From Ignavibacteriales bacterium (lineage in GTDB: Bacteria; Bacteroidota; Ignavibacteria; UBA10030; SZUA-254): a stretch of 64,000 bases of DNA. Positions 48,596 to 58,666 of this stretch are shown piece by piece. The DNA lies in NCBI GenBank assembly GCA_016214905.1, contig JACRMQ010000007.1, positions 396,408 through 460,407 of the forward strand, in the 5' to 3' direction. Positions within the stretch are counted from its first letter, which is position 1; each line of letters starts with the position of its first letter. Below the pieces are notes generated by a model. The model was not told the origin of the DNA. It ran no database searches and worked only from the letters and a program-made list of their open reading frames with translations. The position numbers and the translations under genes were made by a program.

Positions 48596-49462
48596 ATGGA
48601 AAATGCTCTTGAGATAAATAATTTAAGAAAAGATTACGGAGACTTTCGTTTAAAAGATGTTACGTTCTCTCTGCCTGAAGGTTATATCATGGGATTAATC
48701 GGTCCGAACGGTGCGGGTAAAACAACAATCATAAAATTGATAATGAATCTTTTGATAAAGCAGGGTGGCAGCATTCGGGTATTTGGTAAAGATCATATCG
48801 AACATGAAGTAGATATTAAATCCCGGATAGGATTCGTATACGACAATCCGAATTATTATGAACACCTTAATCTTAAACAAGTAAAAAATATCATTCGTCC
48901 CTTCTATAAGAATTGGGATGATAAAGTTTTCATGAATCTTGTTGATAAATTCGAATTACCGTTGAAAAAGAATATCAGGAAATTCTCACGCGGTATGGTT
49001 ATGAAAGCAGCGATCGCAATTGCACTCTCACATCATGCCGACTTTATCATTATGGATGAACCGACCTCAGGATTAGATCCGATATTCAGAAGGGAACTGC
49101 TAGATTTACTTTATGACCTACTTCAGAGCGAGAAGAAATCGATTCTGTTTTCCACACATCTTACATCCGACTTAGAGCGTATAGCTGATTATATTACGTT
49201 CATACTGAATGGAAAAATCATTTTCTCTTCAAGCAAAAATGAAATAATGGAGACTTATGCGGTGATTAAAGGAGGGAACGATCTTCTAAACGAGGAAACA
49301 AAAAAATATTTTAAAGGGATTCGAAAAAATGAATTCGGTTTTGAAGCATTAACAAATAATGTTGAAGAGATAAAAGCGACTTTCGGTTCAGTTATTGTAA
49401 TTGAAAAAGCAACGCTGGAAGATATTATGTACTATAGTAACTTGAAAAATGGAAATTCTTAA
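48596..49462 (+). CDS. ABC transporter ATP-binding protein
   Basis: 288 aa. Walker A GPNGAGKTT and Walker B IIMDEPTSGLD. Degenerate signature motif FSRGMVMK. Confidence 0.8.
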   Translation: MENALEINNLRKDYGDFRLKDVTFSLPEGYIMGLIGPNGAGKTTIIKLIMNLLIKQGGSIRVFGKDHIEHEVDIKSRIGFVYDNPNYYEHLNLKQVKNIIRPFYKNWDDKVFMNLVDKFELPLKKNIRKFSRGMVMKAAIAIALSHHADFIIMDEPTSGLDPIFRRELLDLLYDLLQSEKKSILFSTHLTSDLERIADYITFILNGKIIFSSSKNEIMETYAVIKGGNDLLNEETKKYFKGIRKNEFGFEALTNNVEEIKATFGSVIVIEKATLEDIMYYSNLKNGNS

Positions 49463-50174
49463 TCTTATAAGAAAAGATTTTATTGCCGGAGCGATATTCC
49501 TTTTAGGTGTAGCCATCGTTATCCCTTTTATTGCATCTATTGCAATAGCTGCAATGATAGACGATTTTGGTGGAATCATTATTGGCATATTCACCTTTAT
49601 CGTTACCGCTTTATGTATCAGTGCTTCCTTTATTTTTATAGCGATTGACACTTCATTTGGAACAGAGATGACGTATGCAAGTTTACCCGTTAAACGATCT
49701 TCAATAATCGTTGCCCGATACATGTCATCAATTATTATTACCTTGTCAGGTTTCGGTTTGGTGATTTTAGCATGTCTATCATCGGTATATATTTTCAATC
49801 TATCCGATCCTGCTTTTCGTCTGCTTCTAAGTCCACGTGGTATAACGAGTATGATTTCATTTTTACTTTTTATTTTAACAATCATGCTCCCCTTCGTATT
49901 TAAATTTGGTCCGGGCAAAGGAGTAATAGCCGCACTGATATTGCAAATAAGTCTTGTGATAATCAGCCCGGTTTATAATTTTTTGATGAACGTATTGAAC
50001 GATATCTGGGATTTTGATATTACCTACATTTACAATTTACTTCATAACTTCCTAAACTGGATAATGACTTTGCCCGCTATTTATGCTTATCTCTTTGTAT
50101 TCGGCATCGTGTTGACTTTATATATCATTTCAATATCCTTATCAATTCGATTTTACAACAAGAGAGATTTATAA
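49449..50174 (+). CDS. Integral membrane protein, putative ABC-2-type permease component (paralog 1 of 4)
   Basis: 241 aa, ~6 TM helices. Conserved block SLPVKRSSIIVARYMSS is shared with the three downstream paralogs. Confidence 0.5.
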   Translation: MEILNLIRKDFIAGAIFLLGVAIVIPFIASIAIAAMIDDFGGIIIGIFTFIVTALCISASFIFIAIDTSFGTEMTYASLPVKRSSIIVARYMSSIIITLSGFGLVILACLSSVYIFNLSDPAFRLLLSPRGITSMISFLLFILTIMLPFVFKFGPGKGVIAALILQISLVIISPVYNFLMNVLNDIWDFDITYIYNLLHNFLNWIMTLPAIYAYLFVFGIVLTLYIISISLSIRFYNKRDL

Positions 50175-50179
50175 AAAAC

Positions 50180-50836
50180 ATGATGATATTGCAATTAATA
50201 TTAAAAGATATAAGAGCATATGGTAGCTTAATATTTCTTTGGATTCTTTTACCAATGGCGATTTTAAACTCTCTTTTCAGTTTAAGATTCTATCCTGTCG
50301 GCGGATTTATAATAGCAGGGTGTATGGTAATTGCAGTGGCTTGCTCCATTTTATCATTCTCAGAAAAGAAAAAGAATATTGAAATATTGACTCGTAGCCT
50401 ACCAGTAACAATTAGTGAAATTGTGATAGCTCGATTTTTAACTTCGGTCACCATATCGATCATTGGAATGATTTTCTATTACATAGGTACTTACATAGTC
50501 AACCAAATATATATTAATCCCAAGACTAATTTTGAAAATATCAACAGTCCAAAAGTTTTGTTCATTGCGACGTTTTACTTGTTACTTCATAATGCATTAT
50601 TCATTCCTGTAATGTTGAAATTCCGATTTCTCGGTTCGATATTGGCATTTGTTATAGCAATGTTCGCGACGATATTGATTACCGTCTCAATATTTAAACC
50701 TTACAGGTTGGATTTTAATCCATATTTTGGAACAAATGATTCAATTTTAATTTCAACTCTAACTTTATTTGCCATCTTGATACTGGTTATAGCATTTACG
50801 ATATCTCTGTTTGTCTATAAACGAAAAGAATTTTAG
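50180..50836 (+). CDS. Integral membrane protein, paralog 2 of 4
   Basis: 218 aa. N-terminus MMILQLILKDIRAY. Block SLPVTISEIVIARFLTS. Confidence 0.5.
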   Translation: MMILQLILKDIRAYGSLIFLWILLPMAILNSLFSLRFYPVGGFIIAGCMVIAVACSILSFSEKKKNIEILTRSLPVTISEIVIARFLTSVTISIIGMIFYYIGTYIVNQIYINPKTNFENINSPKVLFIATFYLLLHNALFIPVMLKFRFLGSILAFVIAMFATILITVSIFKPYRLDFNPYFGTNDSILISTLTLFAILILVIAFTISLFVYKRKEF

Positions 50837-50845
50837 AGGGAAACG

Positions 50846-51496
50846 ATGATTATCAAATTAATCCTGAAAGATTTAACAGCTTACAAAAAGAACATCATCC
50901 TGAATTTCTTAGCATTCATGATTCTTGGCAATATTTTTATCTTCCGTTATTATCCTTGGCATGTCTATATGATGTATGGATATTTGGCATTTGTTTTTAT
51001 TAGCACTTTTTTCTCGTTTATTGAAATAAATAAGAATGCTGAAGCTCTGACATGCAGTCTTCCTGTCAGCAGATCCGGAATTGTAATTGCAAGGTATCTC
51101 ACATCGGCTGTTTTGATGTTCGGTGGACTTGCACTGTGGTATCTAAACGGATTTGTTGCAGGAGCTGTATACACAGATGCGGCAACAGATTTTAATCGAG
51201 CTGCACATTTAAAAGTCCTCTTCATAGCTGTATTTTTCATAGTGCTACAAACCAGTATATTCCTGCCTGCTTTATTCAAATTCAGATTAATCGGAACAGT
51301 GCTAACATTTGTCGTAGCTCTTGTTGCGGCTGTAATAACTGTAGTTTTGATTTTCAGGCCCTACAGTCGCTCCTTCAATTCATATTTTGTAGAAGGAGAA
51401 TTGGTTGTTATCTCCATTTTAACATCAATAATGGTAGCAGCGCCGGCGCTTTCATTAGTAGTTTCATTAAGTCTTTTTAAAAGAAAAGATATTTGA
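50846..51496 (+). CDS. Integral membrane protein, paralog 3 of 4
   Basis: 216 aa. N-terminus MIIKLILKDLTAY. Block SLPVSRSGIVIARYLTS. Confidence 0.5.
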   Translation: MIIKLILKDLTAYKKNIILNFLAFMILGNIFIFRYYPWHVYMMYGYLAFVFISTFFSFIEINKNAEALTCSLPVSRSGIVIARYLTSAVLMFGGLALWYLNGFVAGAVYTDAATDFNRAAHLKVLFIAVFFIVLQTSIFLPALFKFRLIGTVLTFVVALVAAVITVVLIFRPYSRSFNSYFVEGELVVISILTSIMVAAPALSLVVSLSLFKRKDI

Positions 51497-51505
51497 GGCA
51501 ACGGT

Positions 51506-52159
51506 ATGATATTAAATTTGATTTTGAAGGATATTCGGGGTTACTGGAGATATATAATATTTTCTATCTTTCTGCCGGCAACTCTTTGGATCTCGATACT
51601 GATTATACCGCATTTCCCTGCTCGAGGTAATGTAATATTCTCCACTGCCGCTATAGTTGCAGCAATTTCCTATTTTGCCTTTTCGGAGAAAAAGCAGAGA
51701 CTCGAAACCCTCATTTGCAGTTTACCTATCTCGAGAAGGTCATTTGTCATAGCGCGGTACCTGTTTGCTCTTTGTGTCGCTATTTTTGGATTCGTAATAT
51801 TATACTGTGCATCATACGCAACTTATTTAATCTATTCAATACCGATTTCAGAATTTTTTATAACGTATAATCTGAAATCGTTTTTTATTGCACTTTATAT
51901 TATATCGGTTTCAGTCAGTTTCTTTTTCCCGTTTATTTATAAATTCAGAATTATGGGTATGATATTCACGCTTCCCATTGGATTTACTTTAGCAATGCAC
52001 TCGATGGTACTGATTTTTAATTTTACCAAACAATCGTACAAGCCATATTTTTTAGATACTGACTTTGTAAAAATTATTTTAATTACTCCTCTTATATTAA
52101 TTTTACCAATTATATCTGCAATGATATCAATAAAATTGTATGAACGGAAAAATATATAA
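51506..52159 (+). CDS. Integral membrane protein, paralog 4 of 4
   Basis: 217 aa. N-terminus MILNLILKDIRGY. Block SLPISRRSFVIARYLFA. Confidence 0.5.
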   Translation: MILNLILKDIRGYWRYIIFSIFLPATLWISILIIPHFPARGNVIFSTAAIVAAISYFAFSEKKQRLETLICSLPISRRSFVIARYLFALCVAIFGFVILYCASYATYLIYSIPISEFFITYNLKSFFIALYIISVSVSFFFPFIYKFRIMGMIFTLPIGFTLAMHSMVLIFNFTKQSYKPYFLDTDFVKIILITPLILILPIISAMISIKLYERKNI

Positions 52160-52176
52160 GAAAGGAATAAGGATAT

Positions 52177-52443
52177 ATGAGTAATATCTTTTTAACTGTT
52201 GCAATAATCTGTGTTCTCTGGGGAGTTGTTTCATCTATAGTAATTGTTTCCTTCCTATCGAATCACGGTGTGAAAATCAATTACTTCTTATTGAGATTAC
52301 TTTTACCAAAATATGTCGGACAGTATCGGAAAATTACACTCGAAGAAACTGGTAAGCCAGGCGGATGGTACTACTCGTTTGTAATATCTATGATTTCAGG
52401 GCTAACATTGGCGATTTTTGGGATATTACTGAGACAAACATGA
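52177..52443 (+). CDS. Small two-TM membrane protein
   Basis: 88 aa with two hydrophobic helices. Its stop overlaps the ATG of the next gene. Confidence 0.35.
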   Translation: MSNIFLTVAIICVLWGVVSSIVIVSFLSNHGVKINYFLLRLLLPKYVGQYRKITLEETGKPGGWYYSFVISMISGLTLAIFGILLRQT

Positions 52444-53591
52444 AGATATTCAATAAAATAAATATCAGATGGCTTGTAGCATTTCTAATTGTTTTTGCCG
52501 CATGTTCCCATAACAAACATCCCTTAGACGTCTGTATACGGGAATCGTTAACCGACCGGCTCGAGCAGTACGATGTGAAGGGTGCTTCAGTGGCTGTCAT
52601 ACTTCCGGATGGAACCATACACCGTGTGTGTGCAGGCATATCGCATGATACAGTGGCGGTGAAGCCAGCAATGCTCTTCGCCATTGGAAGTATTACCAAG
52701 AACATGGTCGCTGCGCTCATTCTTCAATTAGCTGAGGAAGGGTTGCTTTCGCTCGATGATCCACTGCATAAATGGCTTCCTCCATATCCTCACGTTGACA
52801 GTACAATCACCATCCGACAGATGCTAAACCACACCAGTGGTATCTTCATGTTCTGGGAAAACCAAAAACTGTGGGATGATCTCATCAAGTACCGCGATAG
52901 CGTATTTACTCCAGAAGTTGTCCTCACTTATTTGAAAGAACCTCACTTCGCTCCTGGCAAAGGGTTCAGATACTCGAACACAAACTATCTTTTACTCGCG
53001 ATGATTGCTACTCGAGCAACTCACTCGACACTCTCTGCGGAATTTCGAAGACGCTTCTGGCTACCACTCGGGCTTAAAAATACGTTCCTCTCTATAGAAG
53101 AGATAATACCGCAAGAAAAACTCGCGCATGTGTGGGGAGACAATTTCGAGAATAATGGTTCCAATAGAGACATTACATTTCTTCCAAGAACTTCGCACGA
53201 AAGTATTACTTACGGATCGTCGGGTGTGTTCACTACGGCGGAAGAACTTGCGCTTTGGTGTAAATCTCTTTTTGAAAATAGAATCCTAAAACCAAACTCC
53301 TTGAATCAAATGCTCAATTTCAATACCGAAGCATCGACTTCATGGTGTGATGGTTACGGTTTAGGTGTACAGGTATTCAAGAAGAAGATTACAGATGGAA
53401 AACTGGCATACGGGCACGGTGGAGGAAACATTGGCACCTCTACCTACATGGCATACCTGCCTGATTATGATGTGAGTGTTGTTGTCATGATCAACTTTTT
53501 CCACCCCCAATGCCCTAACAGGATGCTTGAAGATATTATTGAGATTGTAACGGATTACATTAATCTAAATGCAATGGGGAAAACTTTATGA
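52440..53591 (+). CDS. Serine hydrolase of the beta-lactamase/transpeptidase fold (class C beta-lactamase-like lipoprotein)
   Basis: SxxK motif FAIGSITKNM. The likely start is the ATG at 52440 (MKIFNKINIRWLVAFLIVFAACSH lipoprotein signal). The tool's ORF begins upstream at 52365. Confidence 0.7.
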   Translation: MKIFNKINIRWLVAFLIVFAACSHNKHPLDVCIRESLTDRLEQYDVKGASVAVILPDGTIHRVCAGISHDTVAVKPAMLFAIGSITKNMVAALILQLAEEGLLSLDDPLHKWLPPYPHVDSTITIRQMLNHTSGIFMFWENQKLWDDLIKYRDSVFTPEVVLTYLKEPHFAPGKGFRYSNTNYLLLAMIATRATHSTLSAEFRRRFWLPLGLKNTFLSIEEIIPQEKLAHVWGDNFENNGSNRDITFLPRTSHESITYGSSGVFTTAEELALWCKSLFENRILKPNSLNQMLNFNTEASTSWCDGYGLGVQVFKKKITDGKLAYGHGGGNIGTSTYMAYLPDYDVSVVVMINFFHPQCPNRMLEDIIEIVTDYINLNAMGKTL

Positions 53592-53645
53592 AGAGATGCC
53601 TGTGTTTTTTGTAAATTAAAAAGTGATAAATGGTTTAGATATTGT

Positions 53646-55130
53646 ATGAAAATCTTGAGATCTAAAATATTGTATATTCCTACAATATGTATTTTATTAC
53701 TTCTCATACCCAATTGCAGGCCCCATCGAGTTGGTGAAGACAGATTCTCAAGTGTCCGGTCGAAAATTAAAGACTTCATGGAAGACGAGAACGTCTCATC
53801 TGTTTCTGTCGCAGTAGCTCAACATGGAAAAATCATCTGGGAGGAATCGTTCGGCATGGCAAACCGTGAAAAACAAATCAAAGCGACACCAAATACGATG
53901 TACGAGATAGCATCAATTGCAAAAGTGTACACAACAACGGCGCTAATGATTCTTCAAGAGCGTGGTCTTCTTGATATCGATGCACCGGTTGAATCATATC
54001 TTGGTGATGTAAAGATAAAATCATTCGGGGTAGATGCATCCGGCGTTACACTCAGGCGAATCATTCAACATACATCAGGGCTACCCATGTTATGGGGCGA
54101 ACCGGCTGGTACAGACACAAATTTCCCAATCATGCAGAAGGAAATTTTCGATAGGTTTGCGATTCTTGCTTTTAAACCTGGAGAAAGAGAACTTTATTCG
54201 AACGTCGGTATTGGTCTGCTAACTTATGTCATCGAGAACGTATCGGGTAAATCGTACAGCGACTTTTTGAAGGAAAACATTTTTCTTCCCCTTGGATTGA
54301 CATACACCATTCGACTTACTACTCCACCATCAACAGATGAATATGCACAACAATACGATCATAGCGGAAAGCCGTGGACATACAACGAAGGATTTTATGC
54401 AAGTGCGGATGACCTTCTCCGTTTTGGAATGTTCCATCTCAAAAATCATCTACCTGATCAAAGGAAAATTCTTAGCGATTCGACAATCGATGTGATGCAA
54501 ACATCTATTGATCCTTACAGCGATTTCCGCCTCCCTTGGTGGGTCTGGGAATATGAAGGATATAAGACGTTGGTATTCACAGGTGCATCTGGAACAATTT
54601 TAGCACTCCTGCCTGAAGCAGACCTTGCAATTGTTGTCCTTGCAAATAAGATGCAGGCGAATACACCGAAGGTTTGCAAATGGATTGCTGATGAAATTCT
54701 TGATGACTTCGATGAGTCTAAACGACTCCCCACAAAAATTCGAACACATAAAAAAATTCAACCGCCAACTTTATCTCGGGTTGCACTTGCAGGTATCTGG
54801 CAAGGTTCTATCGTCACTCATGAGTGGGAACTACAAGTTGAGTTATCGCTTGGTAATACACCAATGATGCGTAGTCAGAATGTTGATGGATCGTGGGGAA
54901 GATGGATGGAGTCGATGTTTACACTCCGGGGCAATTATTCGGCAGGAATTTTCTCCGCATATTTCCCAATTCATATTCCTGTACATGATACCAAAGAACA
55001 TAATCATTGGACTTGGATATATGTTGGTTTACACAGAGACACACTTCGCGGATATGCAGTTGCCCATGCTGCGGACGGACCTCATTATGGGCTTCCTTAT
55101 TATATAAATCTGGAGAGGAAAAAGGATTAG
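53646..55130 (+). CDS. Serine hydrolase of the beta-lactamase/transpeptidase fold with C-terminal extension
   Basis: 494 aa with a signal peptide. SxxK motif YEIASIAKVYT. About 130 extra C-terminal residues. Confidence 0.7.
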   Translation: MKILRSKILYIPTICILLLLIPNCRPHRVGEDRFSSVRSKIKDFMEDENVSSVSVAVAQHGKIIWEESFGMANREKQIKATPNTMYEIASIAKVYTTTALMILQERGLLDIDAPVESYLGDVKIKSFGVDASGVTLRRIIQHTSGLPMLWGEPAGTDTNFPIMQKEIFDRFAILAFKPGERELYSNVGIGLLTYVIENVSGKSYSDFLKENIFLPLGLTYTIRLTTPPSTDEYAQQYDHSGKPWTYNEGFYASADDLLRFGMFHLKNHLPDQRKILSDSTIDVMQTSIDPYSDFRLPWWVWEYEGYKTLVFTGASGTILALLPEADLAIVVLANKMQANTPKVCKWIADEILDDFDESKRLPTKIRTHKKIQPPTLSRVALAGIWQGSIVTHEWELQVELSLGNTPMMRSQNVDGSWGRWMESMFTLRGNYSAGIFSAYFPIHIPVHDTKEHNHWTWIYVGLHRDTLRGYAVAHAADGPHYGLPYYINLERKKD

Positions 55131-55250
55131 TAATAATTGTCATCAATGATGGAGGATTCTTTTACAATATGAGGCATAAATACTGGCAATTAAATGAAGA
55201 TATGTTAACTACTCACAGAATGGAGCTGTCATTCTTACCCGTCTAATGAT

Positions 55251-56189
55251 TTGAAATTTGTTCGTAAATATGCATATTCAGAAAGATTTATGAAAGGCAT
55301 GGTATTCAATATTCAGCGATATTCTATAAACGATGGGCCAGGTATTCGTACAACCGTTTTCCTAAAAGGATGTCCGCTTCATTGTTTGTGGTGTCATAAT
55401 CCTGAATCAATTTCCACCGATCAAGAAATTGTTCTGCGGGAAGATAGATGTATCCGCTGCGGAAGCTGTATTGAATGCTGCAGCCAACATGCAATCCGGA
55501 ATGAAAGCAACCTTATCGTTACATCGTGTGAGAAATGTATAAGATGTGGAAACTGCGTTGAGGTATGCTATGCCGGCGGGCGGGAGATTGCGGGTAAAGA
55601 GATGTCTGTGGAAGATGTAGTGAAAGAAATTGAAAAAGATATCATCTTTTACAACAGGTCGACAGGTGGAGTTACATTTTCAGGTGGCGAGCCGTTTCTT
55701 CAACATTTGTTTCTAAAGTCTCTTCTCGAAAATTGTAAATCAAAAAACATTCATACGGCAGTAGATACAGCTGGATTTGTCGTGGAAAATATTTTAAACG
55801 GGTTTGAAAATTTGATCGATCTATTTCTATATGATATCAAAACCGTTGACGATTTCAAGCATCGCATGTTCACCGGCGGATCGAATAAAATAATTCTTGA
55901 TAATCTAAGGTTTTTGATAAATCAAGGGAATAATATAATTATTAGAGTACCCGTAATACCGGGATTTAACAATAATCTTCATGATATGAAGTTAGTAGGT
56001 GAGTTTGTTGATTCACTTAAAAATATTTCCGAAATTCATTTATTGCCATATCATAAATCAGGAACGGAAAAATATAAACGATTAGGGATAAAATTTGAAA
56101 TGAATGATGAACCACCTGATTCAACAGCAATGGAGCTTATTGCCGCTGAGATGAAAAAATATGTTCAAACAGTCAAGATAGGCGGATAA
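55251..56189 (+). CDS. Glycyl-radical-enzyme activating enzyme (radical SAM, with two auxiliary ferredoxin-type [4Fe-4S] motifs)
   Basis: Radical SAM motif GCPLHCLWCHNPE plus CIRCGSCIECC and CEKCIRCGNCVEVC. The probable start is MKGMVF at 55290. Confidence 0.8.
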   Translation: MKFVRKYAYSERFMKGMVFNIQRYSINDGPGIRTTVFLKGCPLHCLWCHNPESISTDQEIVLREDRCIRCGSCIECCSQHAIRNESNLIVTSCEKCIRCGNCVEVCYAGGREIAGKEMSVEDVVKEIEKDIIFYNRSTGGVTFSGGEPFLQHLFLKSLLENCKSKNIHTAVDTAGFVVENILNGFENLIDLFLYDIKTVDDFKHRMFTGGSNKIILDNLRFLINQGNNIIIRVPVIPGFNNNLHDMKLVGEFVDSLKNISEIHLLPYHKSGTEKYKRLGIKFEMNDEPPDSTAMELIAAEMKKYVQTVKIGG

Positions 56190-56190
56190 T

Positions 56191-58548
56191 ATGAACGACC
56201 GTGTAAAAAAATTACGGGAACAAAGCATCAACTCTGTGCCCACAATTTCATCAGAGCGGGCAAAACTTGTAACCAATTTCTATAAAAATTCAGAATCACT
56301 CCCCATACCTATTCAGAGAGCGCTGGTTTTCAAAACAATAATGGAAAACAAAACTATTTGCATTAATCATGGCGAGCTGATTGTTGGTGAACGCGGACCA
56401 GCCCCCAAAGCGACTTACACTTATCTGGAAATCTGTTGTCACATGTTGAGTGACTTAGAAACACTTCACAACCGCGAAAAGGTTTGGTTCAAAGTTGATG
56501 AAGAAACCCGGCGATTATACCGCGATGAATTTATTCCTTTCTGGAAAGAGAAAACCATTCGTGAAAAAATATTTAACGCTGTATCGGATGAATGGAAAGA
56601 TGCTTACTCTGCTGGTATCTTCACGGAGTTCATGGAGCAAAGGGCGCCGGGACATACGGTTCTCGATGATAAGATTTATCGAAAGGGGATGCTCGACCTT
56701 AAAAACGATATTGAACAAAGCCTGAAGTCGATTGATTTCAAAAATGACCCGGAAGCAAAATCTAAAGAAAATGAGTTGCAAGCAATGAACATCTGCGCGG
56801 ATGCAATCATCTCGTTTGCAAACCGTCATGCAGATAAAGTACATGAACTCGCATTTGTAGAAATTAATCCGGTTAGAAAATCGGAGTTGGAAGCAATTGA
56901 AAAAATTTGTCGTCGGGTCCCAGCTAACGCTCCGCAAAATTTCTGGGAAGCGCTTCAATATTACTGGTTCATTCACCTCGGAGTGGTTACCGAATTAAAT
57001 CCCTGGGATGCGTTCAATCCGGGACATCTCGATCGTCATCTCTATCCGTTTTATAAAAAAGGATTGGAGAATGAAACTCTTACAAAAGAAAAAGCTAAGG
57101 AATTACTCCAATGCTTCTGGGTAAAATTCAACAACCAGCCGGCACCGCCGAAGGTCGGTGTAACTGCAGCAGAAAGTTCAACTTACACCGACTTTGCAAA
57201 TATTAATTCAGGCGGGATAATGTCCGATGGCAGTGATGGTGTAAATGAATTAACATATCTTATTCTAGATGTTATCGACGAGATGAAATTAGTTCAGCCT
57301 AGTTCGAACATTCAGCTTAGTGAGAAAAATTCCGATGAGTTCCTGAAACATGCTTTGAAGATAATCAAAAATGGCCGCGGCCAGCCATCCATTTTTAATG
57401 CTGATACCGTCGTCGATGAAATGCTTCGGCAGGGAAAATCTATCGAAGATGCACGAAATGGAGGAACAAGTGGTTGCGTGGAAACAGGTGCTTTCGGAAA
57501 AGAAAGTTATATACTTACCGGATACTTCAACATTCCGAAAGTTTTCGAGATAACTTTAAACAACGGTGTTGATCCACGAACCGGAAGGAAAATCGGTCTT
57601 GAGACCGGAAATCCTGAACTGTTTAAATCTTTTGATGAATTAATGTTTGCTTTCGAAAAGCAGATGAAGCATTTCATCGATATTAAAATGAAAGGGAATC
57701 ATTCGATCGAAAGATTATACGCCGAAGAATTACCGGTACCATTCTTATCAATCCTGATTGATGATTGTATTTTAAAAGGAAAAGATTATAATAAAGGCGG
57801 AACGCGATACAACACGAATTATATTCAAGGTGTCGGCATAGGTACGATAACCGATTGTCTTGCATCGATCAAATATAATGTATTTGAGAAAAAAATCATT
57901 TCAATGACAGATATGTTGAAAATGCTTGCCGTAAACTTTGAAAGATTCGAACGAGAACAAATGCTTCTATTAAACAAAACTCCAAAGTACGGTAACGATG
58001 ATGATTATGCTGATGATTTGATGAAGCAGGTGTTCGAGATGTATTTCAAACTTGTTGACGGTAGACCAAATACTAAAGGTGGTCTGTACAGGATTAATTT
58101 ACTTCCGACGACATGCCACATCTATTTCGGTTCAGTCACAGGTGCAACACCAGATGGACGAAAAGCTTGGACTCCGCTCTCGGAAGGAATATCTCCCGTG
58201 CAAGGTGCGGATAGAAAAGGTCCGACAGCTGTGTTGAAGTCAGCGGGGAAGATGGATCATGTACGTACAGGTGGAACATTGTTGAACCAAAAGTTTACTC
58301 CTCAAATATTAGAAAGCGAAAAAGGACTTGATAGTCTTGCACATCTTGTACGCGGATATTTCATAATGGGCGGACATCATATTCAGTTTAATGTTGTCAC
58401 CGCACAAACCTTGCGCGAAGCACAGGCGCATCCCGAGCAACACCGTGATTTAATTGTGCGCGTTGCAGGCTATAGTGATTACTTCTGCGATTTGAGCAAG
58501 ACGCTGCAAGACGAGATTATTGCGAGGACGGAACATCAAGGATTCTAA
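56191..58548 (+). CDS. Glycyl radical enzyme (PFL family), eliminase/dehydratase-type Cys loop, substrate unknown
   Basis: 785 aa. C-terminal glycyl radical motif RVAGYSDYF. Single-Cys catalytic loop GTSGCVETG (Cys-x-Glu, as in glycerol dehydratase, CutC and HypD). No PFL-type Cys-Cys pair. Confidence 0.75.
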   Translation: MNDRVKKLREQSINSVPTISSERAKLVTNFYKNSESLPIPIQRALVFKTIMENKTICINHGELIVGERGPAPKATYTYLEICCHMLSDLETLHNREKVWFKVDEETRRLYRDEFIPFWKEKTIREKIFNAVSDEWKDAYSAGIFTEFMEQRAPGHTVLDDKIYRKGMLDLKNDIEQSLKSIDFKNDPEAKSKENELQAMNICADAIISFANRHADKVHELAFVEINPVRKSELEAIEKICRRVPANAPQNFWEALQYYWFIHLGVVTELNPWDAFNPGHLDRHLYPFYKKGLENETLTKEKAKELLQCFWVKFNNQPAPPKVGVTAAESSTYTDFANINSGGIMSDGSDGVNELTYLILDVIDEMKLVQPSSNIQLSEKNSDEFLKHALKIIKNGRGQPSIFNADTVVDEMLRQGKSIEDARNGGTSGCVETGAFGKESYILTGYFNIPKVFEITLNNGVDPRTGRKIGLETGNPELFKSFDELMFAFEKQMKHFIDIKMKGNHSIERLYAEELPVPFLSILIDDCILKGKDYNKGGTRYNTNYIQGVGIGTITDCLASIKYNVFEKKIISMTDMLKMLAVNFERFEREQMLLLNKTPKYGNDDDYADDLMKQVFEMYFKLVDGRPNTKGGLYRINLLPTTCHIYFGSVTGATPDGRKAWTPLSEGISPVQGADRKGPTAVLKSAGKMDHVRTGGTLLNQKFTPQILESEKGLDSLAHLVRGYFIMGGHHIQFNVVTAQTLREAQAHPEQHRDLIVRVAGYSDYFCDLSKTLQDEIIARTEHQGF

Positions 58549-58666
58549 TATCCTTAAACATATTTCTCACAAACGAAGGGAAAGTTAATTTTAAATATTT
58601 AACAGTATCATGGGGACAGTTATTTACCTAACGGAGGCGATTCTTCTACCGTCCCCACAATACATG

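Noticed and set aside
58549-58666. Imperfect long-loop hairpin (TGGGGACAG...CCGTCCCCA) between the convergent GRE and clpB genes, as a defined terminator
   Set aside because: The stem is imperfect with a ~29-nt loop and has no clean U-tract on either strand. It may still function in termination, but the sequence alone does not support calling it.
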